From the IMG/VR virus record IMGVR_UViG_3300045597_000172: a stretch of DNA of 64,000 nt; one strand, 5' to 3'. This DNA is from a virus. Lineage: Duplodnaviria > Heunggongvirae > Uroviricota > Caudoviricetes. Below, piece after piece: positions 52,861 to 62,590 of this stretch (positions are counted from its first letter, which is position 1; every line of letters starts with the position of its first letter). The notes beneath the pieces were generated by a model. It did not search any database, had not been told where the DNA came from, and worked only from the letters and a program-made list of their open reading frames with translations. The translations under genes were made by a program, and so were the position numbers.

Positions 52861-53316
52861 ATGGCACAAACACCAGAAAAGAAAATCGAAAACAAAATTC
52901 GAGATGATTTTGAAACTGCCGGTGGATATATTAAAAAGTTTTTTGCAAGTCCGCATACCAATAAAGGAATTCCGGATTTAATTGGTGTTCTAAACGGCGT
53001 TTATGTTGCATTAGAAGTAAAAAGACCCGTTGGAGGTAAACCAACACCTGTCCAACTAAAGAATTTACAAAAAATCGCTAATGCTGGTGGTATCGCATGT
53101 GTAACCAATGATCCCGGAATTGTTTCAGCATTAATAAAGAAAACAACAAATTACAATCCCGAAAATCAAAAAATCACACCCAGCAACAAAAATATAATTA
53201 TAAACTACAAAAAAATACCACAAACCGGCATTACTGAAACTGTTGCAGCTCATTTGTGGAATCAAACAACCGGCCCCCACAGTTTACAAATTTTAAAGAA
53301 GGAGCCATCGCAATGA
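52861..53316 (+). CDS. VRR-NUC domain (PD-(D/E)xK) nuclease
   Basis: GIPDLIGVLNGVYVALEVKRPVGGKPTPVQLKNLQKI matches the VRR-NUC GxPDhh...h.hEhK....LsxxQ pattern. Confidence 0.55.
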   Translation: MAQTPEKKIENKIRDDFETAGGYIKKFFASPHTNKGIPDLIGVLNGVYVALEVKRPVGGKPTPVQLKNLQKIANAGGIACVTNDPGIVSALIKKTTNYNPENQKITPSNKNIIINYKKIPQTGITETVAAHLWNQTTGPHSLQILKKEPSQ

Positions 53317-54458
53317 CTAACGAAAAAATAAAGCCTTACGATTATCGTTCAGCTATCAGAAACGTGATTGACCAATTACCAGATTCAAAACAAGGATTGA
53401 AGATCGGAATCGTCAGCATTCAAGGAATTCTTGATATGGCAAAAATTGCAATTGCAGAACCTGCACCAACAGAAATTAAAAAAATAGAAATTCCACATGA
53501 ATCAAATGTTAACACCAAAACCGAGCCAAAAAAGAAAAACGAAAAACCTGAATTTCTTCAAGTCGAACGATTAATCTCAGGATTCGATTTATACGATCCT
53601 AAAAACCCAGAAAATCAATTAAACTATCATTACGATGAAATCACTGCTCGACGGCTAAGCGTTGAAAATCACGACATCGTCAAAGTTGATTACCAAAACA
53701 CTATGCAACGAAATATTCCGTACATTGTTGAAATTGTCAAAAGTGTCAATGACCCTACGTATTTTACATTACTAAAATATTGCAAAATCGAAAAAGACAA
53801 TCATGGACAACTAATCGTTAAAGAAACCTATAATCATCAATCATTAAAAAGTATGAATCGAGTATTTGACTATTACCTAATTCCTAAGACTATGATTGCA
53901 AAACTCTTTATCAAAGAGGATCAATTGATTGATATTGGATGGTACAATGACGAGCCAGAACGAATAATCGTGAGTCTAGTACATTATGAAGATGAACTAA
54001 CTTTACCCAAAAAAGAAAAACCAAAACAAATATCAAATCAAAATAGTCAAGTAAGCAAAAAAGAAACCGAACCTGAAACCGTATCAACTTTAAAATTTAA
54101 TCTTCAAGGAAAACATGTCGGAATTGTGGTTGGTGACGAACTTAGAAGTGCACCAATCAAAAAATTAATCCAAGAACATCACGGAAGATTAACAATGATT
54201 GATGCCTTTAAACACTCAGACAGCGCAGGTTTTTACGACAAACAACTACGAAAGAAATTTGACATTATTGTAATGGTTCAAAATCAAAATAAACACAACA
54301 CGTCAAAAGCACTTAATAAAGCAACAAAAAAATATCACTTAAACATGGCAATTTCAGACGGATTAGGAATTCAACAAATTGAACGTGCAATCTATCGTGC
54401 ACTTAATAAATATCCTGCATACGAATCAAGTGCAAACATTGACTATCCGATGTTATAA
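53313..54458 (+). CDS. hypothetical protein
   Basis: ATG at 53313 with aagaaggagccatcgca RBS, preferred over track start 53256. Confidence 0.4.
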   Translation: MTNEKIKPYDYRSAIRNVIDQLPDSKQGLKIGIVSIQGILDMAKIAIAEPAPTEIKKIEIPHESNVNTKTEPKKKNEKPEFLQVERLISGFDLYDPKNPENQLNYHYDEITARRLSVENHDIVKVDYQNTMQRNIPYIVEIVKSVNDPTYFTLLKYCKIEKDNHGQLIVKETYNHQSLKSMNRVFDYYLIPKTMIAKLFIKEDQLIDIGWYNDEPERIIVSLVHYEDELTLPKKEKPKQISNQNSQVSKKETEPETVSTLKFNLQGKHVGIVVGDELRSAPIKKLIQEHHGRLTMIDAFKHSDSAGFYDKQLRKKFDIIVMVQNQNKHNTSKALNKATKKYHLNMAISDGLGIQQIERAIYRALNKYPAYESSANIDYPML

Positions 54459-54487
54459 AAAGTGATTTTAAGAAAGGAGATCATCAC

Positions 54488-54943
54488 ATGGGACTCTATC
54501 TATATGCCGCAATCAACAAAGAATCATTAGGTGGAATAGACATTAGTTATGGCAGATTCTTTTGGTTACGAAATGAAATTGCAAAATTAACAGGTTTTGA
54601 ATACCAATACAAAGAAATGACAACTTTACCAAATACGTACTTTGATAAAACAAAACCTGAAAACCGATTAAACAATTCAAAATTCATTCCCAAATACGAT
54701 TCACCATTACTCTTAAAACATCCAGATTCAACATTATTAACAAAAATTGAACTCAAACATCTAATTCAATTTTTAACAATGTCTGATGTTGAAGGCAAAT
54801 TAACAAGAACACAAATAAAATCATTGTGGAATGTTTTAAAAAATAAAGAATCAAAAAACATCAACGTTAAAATGGCGTTCAATGATTTCAAAAATGTATT
54901 ACACATTGCATACGAAAAAAAAGGATATATCAGATGGGAATAA
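54488..54943 (+). CDS. hypothetical protein
   Basis: RBS aagaaaggagatcatcac-ATG. 151 aa. Confidence 0.4.
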   Translation: MGLYLYAAINKESLGGIDISYGRFFWLRNEIAKLTGFEYQYKEMTTLPNTYFDKTKPENRLNNSKFIPKYDSPLLLKHPDSTLLTKIELKHLIQFLTMSDVEGKLTRTQIKSLWNVLKNKESKNINVKMAFNDFKNVLHIAYEKKGYIRWE

Positions 54944-54969
54944 ACCAAATCAACTAGGAGGATATCTCA

Positions 54970-55647
54970 ATGAGTTTTTTATCATTACCAAAAAACAACT
55001 GGCGAAAATCATTACCGTTATATCTAAATCAAGACGATATGATTGAACTAAACAAAAAAGTCAAAGCTGCCTACGAATCTGAAACGGTTCTACCAGAAAA
55101 ATCAAGTATCTTCAAAGCCTTAGAATTAACCGACTACGAAAACGTAAAAGTTGTAATTTTAGGACAAGATCCCTACCCTAACCCAAATAATGCAATGGGA
55201 TTAGCGTTTTCCGTAAAACCAAACGTGAATGTACCAATGAGTTTACAAAACATTTATACCGAACGTTATCATGACCTTGGAATCCCAACATCAAATTCAG
55301 GCGATTTAACAAGTTGGGCAAAACAGGGTGTTCTATTATTAAACACCTCCCTAACCGTAGCTATGAACAATTCAGATAGCCACCGTGACATTGGATGGAC
55401 AGAATTTACAGATGGTGTTATTAAGGCACTTGTAAATCGAAACAAGCCGGTTGTCTTTATTCTTTGGGGAAGTCATGCGCAAAGTAAGACTGATTTAATT
55501 CCAAAAAAGAACAACATTTTAGTACTTAAAAGCAGCCATCCAAGCCCATTTAGTGCAAGAATCTCATTCTTTGGATCATATCCATTTAGTAAGACAAACC
55601 ATTTTCTAAGTGAACACGGATCAAAACCAATCAATTGGGAAAACTAA
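54970..55647 (+). CDS. ung: uracil-DNA glycosylase, family 1
   Basis: KVVILGQDPYPNPNNAMGLAFSV (GQDPY water-activating loop), LLLNTSLTV, HPSPFSA (HPSPLS His motif). RBS actaggaggatatctca-ATG. Confidence 0.75.
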   Translation: MSFLSLPKNNWRKSLPLYLNQDDMIELNKKVKAAYESETVLPEKSSIFKALELTDYENVKVVILGQDPYPNPNNAMGLAFSVKPNVNVPMSLQNIYTERYHDLGIPTSNSGDLTSWAKQGVLLLNTSLTVAMNNSDSHRDIGWTEFTDGVIKALVNRNKPVVFILWGSHAQSKTDLIPKKNNILVLKSSHPSPFSARISFFGSYPFSKTNHFLSEHGSKPINWEN

Positions 55648-55666
55648 AAAACGAAAGGTCAACGTC

Positions 55667-56416
55667 ATGGATAACAAATCAAAACTAATCGTTATTAAAA
55701 ATCGTGCATTAAACAATGACATTAAATTTTACAGCGAAACAAAATCAGTCAAAGATTTTCAAGATGATACCACCATGTTTCTTCAGACTGTCAGCAAACA
55801 AGTAGCAGAACCAGTCTTAAATCAACTAGAAACGCAATTGAAAATTTTAATTGACAGAACAAAACCTTTATATCAACCAACAAAAATTGTATACGAAAAT
55901 AGAATTAACGTTGATCCAGCTGCAACCCGACAAGAAAAAACAAGATTGACTAGAATTGCAACCAAAAATGGAAACATCTTACAAAACATAATCTATGAAG
56001 AACTTCATAAGAACAAAATAGAACCGCAAAACGAATATGAAAATCTTGTTATCGATGCACTTGAAAAATATTATGGCGAAATTTCAGACACTGATGTATT
56101 AGCCAATTACGTTCCATTAAATAACATTCCAAGAATTCTTAACATTGTCGACCAATTCAACGCTGGTTATAAAGACACCGAAATAAGAAATATGACTTTA
56201 TCAGCACTCAAACAAAACAACCTTGAAACCAAGAACTTAAAATTAACATGGTCACGTTGGTCAGATGACAATATCTGTATGTTTGAAAAACGTCATCTTT
56301 TACAAATGAAGATCGGAATAGCATTTTCAATGTCATACAAGTTATTGACGTACGTCGAATTTATGACATGTAACGGATGGAAAACTACCAAAAACTTTAC
56401 CAACGTTGAAATTTAA
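55667..56416 (+). CDS. hypothetical protein
   Basis: ATG at 55667 with aacgaaaggtcaacgtc RBS, preferred over track start 55610. Confidence 0.4.
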   Translation: MDNKSKLIVIKNRALNNDIKFYSETKSVKDFQDDTTMFLQTVSKQVAEPVLNQLETQLKILIDRTKPLYQPTKIVYENRINVDPAATRQEKTRLTRIATKNGNILQNIIYEELHKNKIEPQNEYENLVIDALEKYYGEISDTDVLANYVPLNNIPRILNIVDQFNAGYKDTEIRNMTLSALKQNNLETKNLKLTWSRWSDDNICMFEKRHLLQMKIGIAFSMSYKLLTYVEFMTCNGWKTTKNFTNVEI

Positions 56417-56428
56417 AAACGAAAGAAG

Positions 56429-57646
56429 ATGAATATTGTGTATACAGTAGAAGGACGATACGCCACTGCAAAAGTTTTCAATAACTTAACCGATGCAAAT
56501 GCCATCGGACAACTAATTGGTATTTGTAATGAATTAATTACACAAAACACAAAAGTCGCACTAATGCCAGATGGACACTTCGGCGCAGGTGTTCCAATCG
56601 GAACTACTATCAAATTGCCAAAAGAAAAATCTAAATGGCGCATCTCACCTACGATTATTTCCGGTGATATCGGATGTGGTATGCTCGCCATTAAAATTAA
56701 GCAACACGATCTTGATTTCAAGAAATTAGACGACTTTATAACAAAAAACATTCCAAACGGTGCCGAAAAGAATACAAAAAAGCAAAATGTTAAATTTTCA
56801 ATTGAGACCATTGCAAAAATGACATTCAATTCATCTAAATTTGACAAAGAAGATGTCCTTTACAGTTTAGGCAGTCTTGGCGGTGGAAACCACTTCATTG
56901 AAATCGACAAAGACAAGAAAAATAACTTTTGGCTCGTTATTCATTGCGGATCAAGACATGTTGGTATTGCAGTCTTAAAAGCACACATGGCAATTGCTAA
57001 ACAACACTATTCAGATCAATATTTAGAAACTCTAAGTGAATTTTATCGTGCTGCTGGCCGTGAGAAAGAATTAGAAAAAACACTAAAGGCATTTAAACAA
57101 ACTGACATTTTAACCAATATTGACTATGCATTTTTACAAGGAACATATTTAGAAGATTATTTACATGATGTCAAAATTGCACAAGCCTTTGCTTCAAAAA
57201 ACCGTGAGATTATTGCTAATCAAATCTTAAAAGCCATGAACTGGACAATCGACGAAAAAGTTGAAACGATTCATAACTATTTTGACTACAATGATAATAC
57301 ACTTCGCAAAGGTGCAACTTCTGCACATCACGGACAAAAATTAATCATCCCATTAAATATGCGAGATGGTGCACTAATCTGTTATGGTCGCGGTAACGAA
57401 GATTGGAATTATTCCGCACCACATGGCGCGGGACGTAAATTAACAAGATCAGAAGCCAAAGAAAAAATAAACTTAGCCAATTTCAAAGATGAAATGTCTG
57501 GAATCTATACGACATCCGTTGAAACATCAACTATTGATGAAGCTCCCGAAGCTTATAAACCTACGGAACAAATTACCGAAACCGTTGGTGATACCGTACG
57601 TATACTTGACCGAGTAAAGCCTGTTTATAACTTCAAAGCTCATTAG
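56429..57646 (+). CDS. rtcB: RtcB-family RNA 3'-phosphate/2',3'-cyclic phosphate ligase
   Basis: MPDGHFGAGVPIGTT, GSLGGGNHFIEID, IHNYFDY...LRKGATSA, NYSAPHGAGRKL. All are canonical RtcB metal/GTP-binding motifs. Confidence 0.8.
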   Translation: MNIVYTVEGRYATAKVFNNLTDANAIGQLIGICNELITQNTKVALMPDGHFGAGVPIGTTIKLPKEKSKWRISPTIISGDIGCGMLAIKIKQHDLDFKKLDDFITKNIPNGAEKNTKKQNVKFSIETIAKMTFNSSKFDKEDVLYSLGSLGGGNHFIEIDKDKKNNFWLVIHCGSRHVGIAVLKAHMAIAKQHYSDQYLETLSEFYRAAGREKELEKTLKAFKQTDILTNIDYAFLQGTYLEDYLHDVKIAQAFASKNREIIANQILKAMNWTIDEKVETIHNYFDYNDNTLRKGATSAHHGQKLIIPLNMRDGALICYGRGNEDWNYSAPHGAGRKLTRSEAKEKINLANFKDEMSGIYTTSVETSTIDEAPEAYKPTEQITETVGDTVRILDRVKPVYNFKAH

Positions 57647-57662
57647 AAAGGAGATCTTTACA

Positions 57663-57959
57663 ATGAATTGGATTAAACCGCCATCAAAAAAATACCCCGG
57701 ATATTCAGAGTGCCCATATTGTTCATTTGATTATTACCACCCTGTCAACGGTTTCTACCTTGCCGAAAAACCTATTGGCAACAATATAGGATTAGCCCAA
57801 TATGAGCAATCAACAAAACTTAAAAATGGAAAGGTACACACTGATATCACAATTGTACATCTTGATTCTAAAACTCAAAAAATCACTGCAAGTGGCAGAA
57901 CTACCAATATAAACAATTGCCCCATGTGTGGAAACCTACTAAATTCAACTATTTTTTAA
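57663..57959 (+). CDS. zinc-ribbon protein, paralog of 43642..43887
   Basis: CPYCSFDYYHPVNGFYLAEKPIGNNIGLA...CPMCGN. Confidence 0.4.
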   Translation: MNWIKPPSKKYPGYSECPYCSFDYYHPVNGFYLAEKPIGNNIGLAQYEQSTKLKNGKVHTDITIVHLDSKTQKITASGRTTNINNCPMCGNLLNSTIF

Positions 57960-57982
57960 AACAATAAAAGGAGATTTTTAAA

Positions 57983-58246
57983 ATGTTAGATCCTAAAATT
58001 AAGAACTTAAACAAAAAAACACGAGATGTTTTGGAAATGATGTATGCTGTAAAACTTGTTTACAAAACAAAAAATCCAATTGATGCATTCAAGAAAATAA
58101 AAGAATCATTATCTGATAGTACATTTACTGATCCTGATTCAGCAAGAAATTTCAACATTGTTATGAATCATCCAACCGAAAAACAGTTAGCAATCGAAAT
58201 ATTCCAAAAATATTCACCTGAACAATTTGATAAAGTAACTGCCTAA
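57983..58246 (+). CDS. hypothetical protein
   Basis: RBS aaaaggagatttttaaa-ATG. 87 aa. Confidence 0.4.
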   Translation: MLDPKIKNLNKKTRDVLEMMYAVKLVYKTKNPIDAFKKIKESLSDSTFTDPDSARNFNIVMNHPTEKQLAIEIFQKYSPEQFDKVTA

Positions 58247-58264
58247 AAATAAGGAGTCTTAACT

Positions 58265-58696
58265 ATGTCTACTATCAATACTTCCCTAATTAAGCCGGAC
58301 GCTGACAATCCTAGATACGGACTTTATCTAAATCCGAGAGAAACATTCGGCTGGAACGAACAACTAATTCAACTTATAGAACAAACACCAGAACAACCAC
58401 TGGATTCTCTTTTAGAAGAATATCAATGTCTTAACACGAAAGAAATGCAAGAAAATCCAACCGTGAAAAAGCTAAGTGAATTACTAAACCTAGAAATTCC
58501 TATTTACGGTATTGGAAAGAATTCAAAGCAAGCTTTAAATAATGCTACGAAAAAACTAAACAATCAGTTCAAAAAACTAATGTTTGGGCAATATTCAAAT
58601 GCAGTAGCATTCAAGTGGACATATCTTGATCCACAATATTTAAAAATTATCAAAACAACCATTTCTGAAAATCAAATTATCATTCTAACAAAATAA
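58265..58696 (+). CDS. hypothetical protein
   Basis: RBS aataaggagtcttaact-ATG. 143 aa. Confidence 0.4.
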   Translation: MSTINTSLIKPDADNPRYGLYLNPRETFGWNEQLIQLIEQTPEQPLDSLLEEYQCLNTKEMQENPTVKKLSELLNLEIPIYGIGKNSKQALNNATKKLNNQFKKLMFGQYSNAVAFKWTYLDPQYLKIIKTTISENQIIILTK

Positions 58697-58724
58697 TCTT
58701 AAAATAAGAAAGCTGGAAAAAATT

Positions 58725-59207
58725 ATGTCAACAAATGCATCTATTTCAATTCAAGAAAACAAAAAAATCACAACAATCTATAATCATTGGGATGGTTACA
58801 TCGAAGCTCTTGGAGAAACTCTAATTCAAAACTATACGGATCCTGAAAAAGTAAAAAAACTCATCGAACTCGGTGACGCATCAAGTATTGGAAAAACCGT
58901 AGAGCCATCTAAATTAACTCAAAAATTTGGATTTGACGGCAGCCTAAGTGATGAATTCAAAGCCTTATCTAGCAAACAAAAACATGAACTACGAAAAGAT
59001 GATCAATCAGATAACTATTCATTATTCTACGGTCGTGATCGTGGCGAAAAAGATATCGAAGCTAGAGAATACAACTCAATTGCAGACATGTATCGGCACG
59101 AAGGACAAGAATACAACTATCTGTTTAAAGATGGAAAATGGTACGTTTCATACAGCGAAAAACCAAATTTCAAATCATTAAAAGATGAAATAGAAACTGA
59201 GGAATAA
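58725..59207 (+). CDS. hypothetical protein
   Basis: RBS aagaaagctggaaaaaatt-ATG. 160 aa. Confidence 0.4.
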   Translation: MSTNASISIQENKKITTIYNHWDGYIEALGETLIQNYTDPEKVKKLIELGDASSIGKTVEPSKLTQKFGFDGSLSDEFKALSSKQKHELRKDDQSDNYSLFYGRDRGEKDIEAREYNSIADMYRHEGQEYNYLFKDGKWYVSYSEKPNFKSLKDEIETEE

Positions 59208-59234
59208 ACAATTCAAAAGAAAGGAAGCTAATTC

Positions 59235-60509
59235 ATGACGATCAATCAACCATTAGCAGACAAATTACGGCCAAAAAAATTAAATGATGTCGTTGGACAA
59301 CATGAATTAATCGATGAAGGAAAACCCTTGCGAACTCTAATTGAACAACGCAAAGCTCTTTCTTTCATTTTCTATGGGCCGCCCGGTGTTGGCAAAACAA
59401 CAATTGCCAATGTGATTGCTAACGAATGGAAATTACCTCTTGAAAAATTTAACGCATCAATCGACAACAAAGCAAAATTACAAGCAGCCGTAAAACATCA
59501 TCCAGACGAAACTTTTGCTTTAATTCTTGACGAAATTCACCGCTTAACAACGCCATTACAAGATTATTTACTACCATTCCTAGAATCAGGACAAATCTTA
59601 TTACTAGGCGCAACAACCGAGAACCCTATTATCACCATCAGTCCCGCTATTAGGTCGCGGTGTGCATTATTCGAACTCAAGCCGGTAAATATCCATGACC
59701 TCGCGCAATCGCTCAAACGCGCATATATGAGCTTTAACGAGCAGCAAACACCCGAAGAAAACATATTTGAAACAATCGCTAAATTTGCAAACGGGGATGT
59801 TCGGACAGGCATAAATCTACTTGAAACTCTGCATACGATGTATGGCCAAAAAATTACAATCGACAATATTCAAGAATATGCAAAGCAACAACATTTTGTA
59901 TTCGATAAAAAAGGAAACTTCCATTACGACACGATTTCAGCACTCCAAAAATCCATTAGAGGATCAGATACCGATGCAGCATTGTTTTACGCTGCCCTAC
60001 TAATGCAAGCCGGAGATCTCGAAACCCTCTTACGCCGTATGAAAGTCATTGGATATGAAGATATTGGTCTAGCCGATCCAGAAGCTGTCCAACAAGCAGT
60101 TACTGCGTTAAAAATCAGCGAGGAAGTCGGATTGCCTGAAGCTCGAATTCCAATCGCTAACGCCATCATCATTCTATGTAACGCCAAGCATTCGAACTCA
60201 GCACATGATGCAATCAATCTTGCATTAGAAGATGCCAAAGACAATCAAGCACATCCAATTCCATATCACTTACGCGATACTCACTATTCCGGATCACAAA
60301 AATTAGGTCACGTTGGATACAAATATCCGCATGATTATAAAAATGACTGGATTGCTCAACAATATCTTCCAGACGATCTGCTCAACAAACGTTATTATTT
60401 TCCAAAGAAAAATAAAAACGAAAACCGAATCAAAGAATTTTATCTTGGATTAAAAGAACTACAATTAGAAATACTAAAAGATAAAGGAGCGTTACCACAT
60501 GACAAATGA
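59235..60509 (+). CDS. rarA: RarA/MgsA-like AAA+ ATPase (replication-associated recombination protein A family)
   Basis: DVVGQHELIDEGKPLRTLIEQRKALSFIFYGPPGVGKTTIANVIA, LILDEIHRL, LLLGATTENP, GDVRTGINLLE. Confidence 0.7.
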   Translation: MTINQPLADKLRPKKLNDVVGQHELIDEGKPLRTLIEQRKALSFIFYGPPGVGKTTIANVIANEWKLPLEKFNASIDNKAKLQAAVKHHPDETFALILDEIHRLTTPLQDYLLPFLESGQILLLGATTENPIITISPAIRSRCALFELKPVNIHDLAQSLKRAYMSFNEQQTPEENIFETIAKFANGDVRTGINLLETLHTMYGQKITIDNIQEYAKQQHFVFDKKGNFHYDTISALQKSIRGSDTDAALFYAALLMQAGDLETLLRRMKVIGYEDIGLADPEAVQQAVTALKISEEVGLPEARIPIANAIIILCNAKHSNSAHDAINLALEDAKDNQAHPIPYHLRDTHYSGSQKLGHVGYKYPHDYKNDWIAQQYLPDDLLNKRYYFPKKNKNENRIKEFYLGLKELQLEILKDKGALPHDK

Positions 60510-60717
60510 TCCACACGATAGATTAAAAGAAATTACCATCAACGACGTCATAATGAATCACAGTAAAATTAACGTACCGCAACTACCAGCCGTACAATTA
60601 TTTCTACTAAAAAATCCCAATCACAAAATCCAAACCTACTATGGATGCAACACCTTTTCAGCAAAAAACATAGAAACCCATTGCGGAAAATTAACAGTCG
60701 TATTTAAACAATGTTAG
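60499..60717 (+). CDS. hypothetical protein
   Basis: 72 aa, overlapping the RarA stop. Confidence 0.3.
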   Translation: MTNDPHDRLKEITINDVIMNHSKINVPQLPAVQLFLLKNPNHKIQTYYGCNTFSAKNIETHCGKLTVVFKQC

Positions 60718-60732
60718 AAAGGACTTTATAAT

Positions 60733-61380
60733 ATGTTTACAATAAATGTAATCATGGGAAAAACACTATCCGGAAAATCAACAACATTAAAATCGTTGAA
60801 AAAAATAAATGTGCCATCGCTAATCACCACAACTACAAGACCAAAAAGAACCAACGAAAAAAACCATGTAGATTACATTTTTATCAATGACACTGAATAC
60901 CAATCAGAACTAAAATTGAACAATGTAATCGCGCCACGAAAATACAACGTGGTTAATAACCAAACGTGGTACTATTTTCTAAACAAATCAACATTGACAA
61001 GAGCTATTGCCGAATCTGAAACTAACAATGTTGCACTAATAATTGATCCCGTTGGCTATTTTGAACTAAAAGACTACCTTGAAAATCAAATCAACGACGA
61101 AAAACTAAAGCAAATCAAAATTAAAGGCTGGTATTTAGACGTTTCGCTGAAAGAAAGAATGTCACGCTATCTATCATCACCACGACAAAATGAAAATCCA
61201 CAAGAAGTTTTAAGACGACTTTACGATGACGAATTCCATGCCTTTAAACCACTGGACGACGAAAAAGTCAGAACTGAAAACAATATCACAATCGTAAAAA
61301 ATTCCATGGACTTAATTGAAAAACTCGCAATTAATGCAATTAAAGATCGAATCGAGGAGGAAAACCAAAATGCAAAGTGA
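60733..61380 (+). CDS. guanylate kinase-like P-loop nucleotide kinase
   Basis: VIMGKTLSGKSTTLKSL P-loop. TTTRPKRTNEKNHVDYIFI matches the Gmk (S/T)TTRxxRxxExxGxDYxF motif. Confidence 0.55.
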   Translation: MFTINVIMGKTLSGKSTTLKSLKKINVPSLITTTTRPKRTNEKNHVDYIFINDTEYQSELKLNNVIAPRKYNVVNNQTWYYFLNKSTLTRAIAESETNNVALIIDPVGYFELKDYLENQINDEKLKQIKIKGWYLDVSLKERMSRYLSSPRQNENPQEVLRRLYDDEFHAFKPLDDEKVRTENNITIVKNSMDLIEKLAINAIKDRIEEENQNAK

Positions 61381-61870
61381 TTACCTAAGAAAACTACAAC
61401 GTGAAAATTTTGGAGAAGCGTATCGGCTACATTTAGAAAACCGAGATTCTAACAAAAATACAAAAATCCGAATTATACGACTAAAATTTCCAATTCAGTT
61501 TTATAACAACCACACCCAATTGATTGATGACTGGATCGATAATTGTAATCGTAACTTAAAACCTCGCGAATATGGAATCAATTATTTACAACCAACCGAA
61601 AATCCAAACATCTTCGATGGCCTTGCGTTTCTTCCAAACAAAGAACACCAAGAAAATTTACTACTCACTAACGATAGTGAAATTCTTGGAGAAGATCAAA
61701 TTGCAATTGCTTTATACAATGAAAATGCAACCCTAGAAATCGAAATCACCAAAACAACCGCCCCAACGATTGCTAATTATTACCAATATCCACACATGAG
61801 TGAAACTGAAATTAAAGTCTTAAAAATCAAACACGATTCACCAAAGTACTATACCCAGCTAGTCTTGTAA
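61370..61870 (+). CDS. hypothetical protein
   Basis: ATG at 61370 with cgaggaggaaaaccaaa RBS, preferred over track start 61316. Confidence 0.35.
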   Translation: MQSDYLRKLQRENFGEAYRLHLENRDSNKNTKIRIIRLKFPIQFYNNHTQLIDDWIDNCNRNLKPREYGINYLQPTENPNIFDGLAFLPNKEHQENLLLTNDSEILGEDQIAIALYNENATLEIEITKTTAPTIANYYQYPHMSETEIKVLKIKHDSPKYYTQLVL

Positions 61871-61923
61871 TTACATGATATATGTTATAATTGGACTAAA
61901 ATTAAGTACTGAAAGGATGACTT

Positions 61924-62499
61924 ATGATTAAGAAAAATATTAAAGAACACAAAAAACTATACGTAGGAGGTTTGACAATCATCCTAATTTTGAGTTTGTT
62001 AGCAATCATGCATTTAATACACAGACAAAATAATTATGTGAGTTTACCTCAATCAAACACCCCTGCAAAAATTTTAAGTACCAGTCAAGACTACGCAAAC
62101 AGTAATAAACTTAGCTACGAAATATACTATCGTCCAGACTGTATTGATTGCCAAAAAATGATGAAAGCCGGATTAGTCAAAGCATTGCATCAAACTAAAG
62201 GAAACGTTGTCGCAATCAATACGCTAAAGTTCAAAAATGCTAACAAAAAACAATCATCTGCATGGTTTTCTGAAAATTATGTTACAAATACACCAACTTT
62301 GATTGTAAAATCACATGGATATCCAATTTATCTTTATGCCGGTGATAATATTAAGACATTCAAAACTTTGCTAAATGGAAAAAATCCAAAAACAAACAAA
62401 ACTTTATCCCACAGCAAACATCCAACAAAACAATATTATCAAAACGACTTTACTAAATCGGATACCACATTTGTTCCGTATAAAGTCAACCAAAACTAA
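61924..62499 (+). CDS. membrane-anchored thioredoxin-fold thiol-disulfide oxidoreductase-like protein
   Basis: N-terminal TM helix LYVGGLTIILILSLLAIMHLI. CxxC YYRPDCIDCQKMM. cis-Pro region NTPTLIV. Confidence 0.45.
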   Translation: MIKKNIKEHKKLYVGGLTIILILSLLAIMHLIHRQNNYVSLPQSNTPAKILSTSQDYANSNKLSYEIYYRPDCIDCQKMMKAGLVKALHQTKGNVVAINTLKFKNANKKQSSAWFSENYVTNTPTLIVKSHGYPIYLYAGDNIKTFKTLLNGKNPKTNKTLSHSKHPTKQYYQNDFTKSDTTFVPYKVNQN

Positions 62500-62590
62500 T
62501 AAATCAAGCCATGACGAGAACCAGCTCGGTAATGTACGCAATCTACATCATGGCTTTTAGTTTTAAAAAATAAAAGAAGGAGACCTACTC

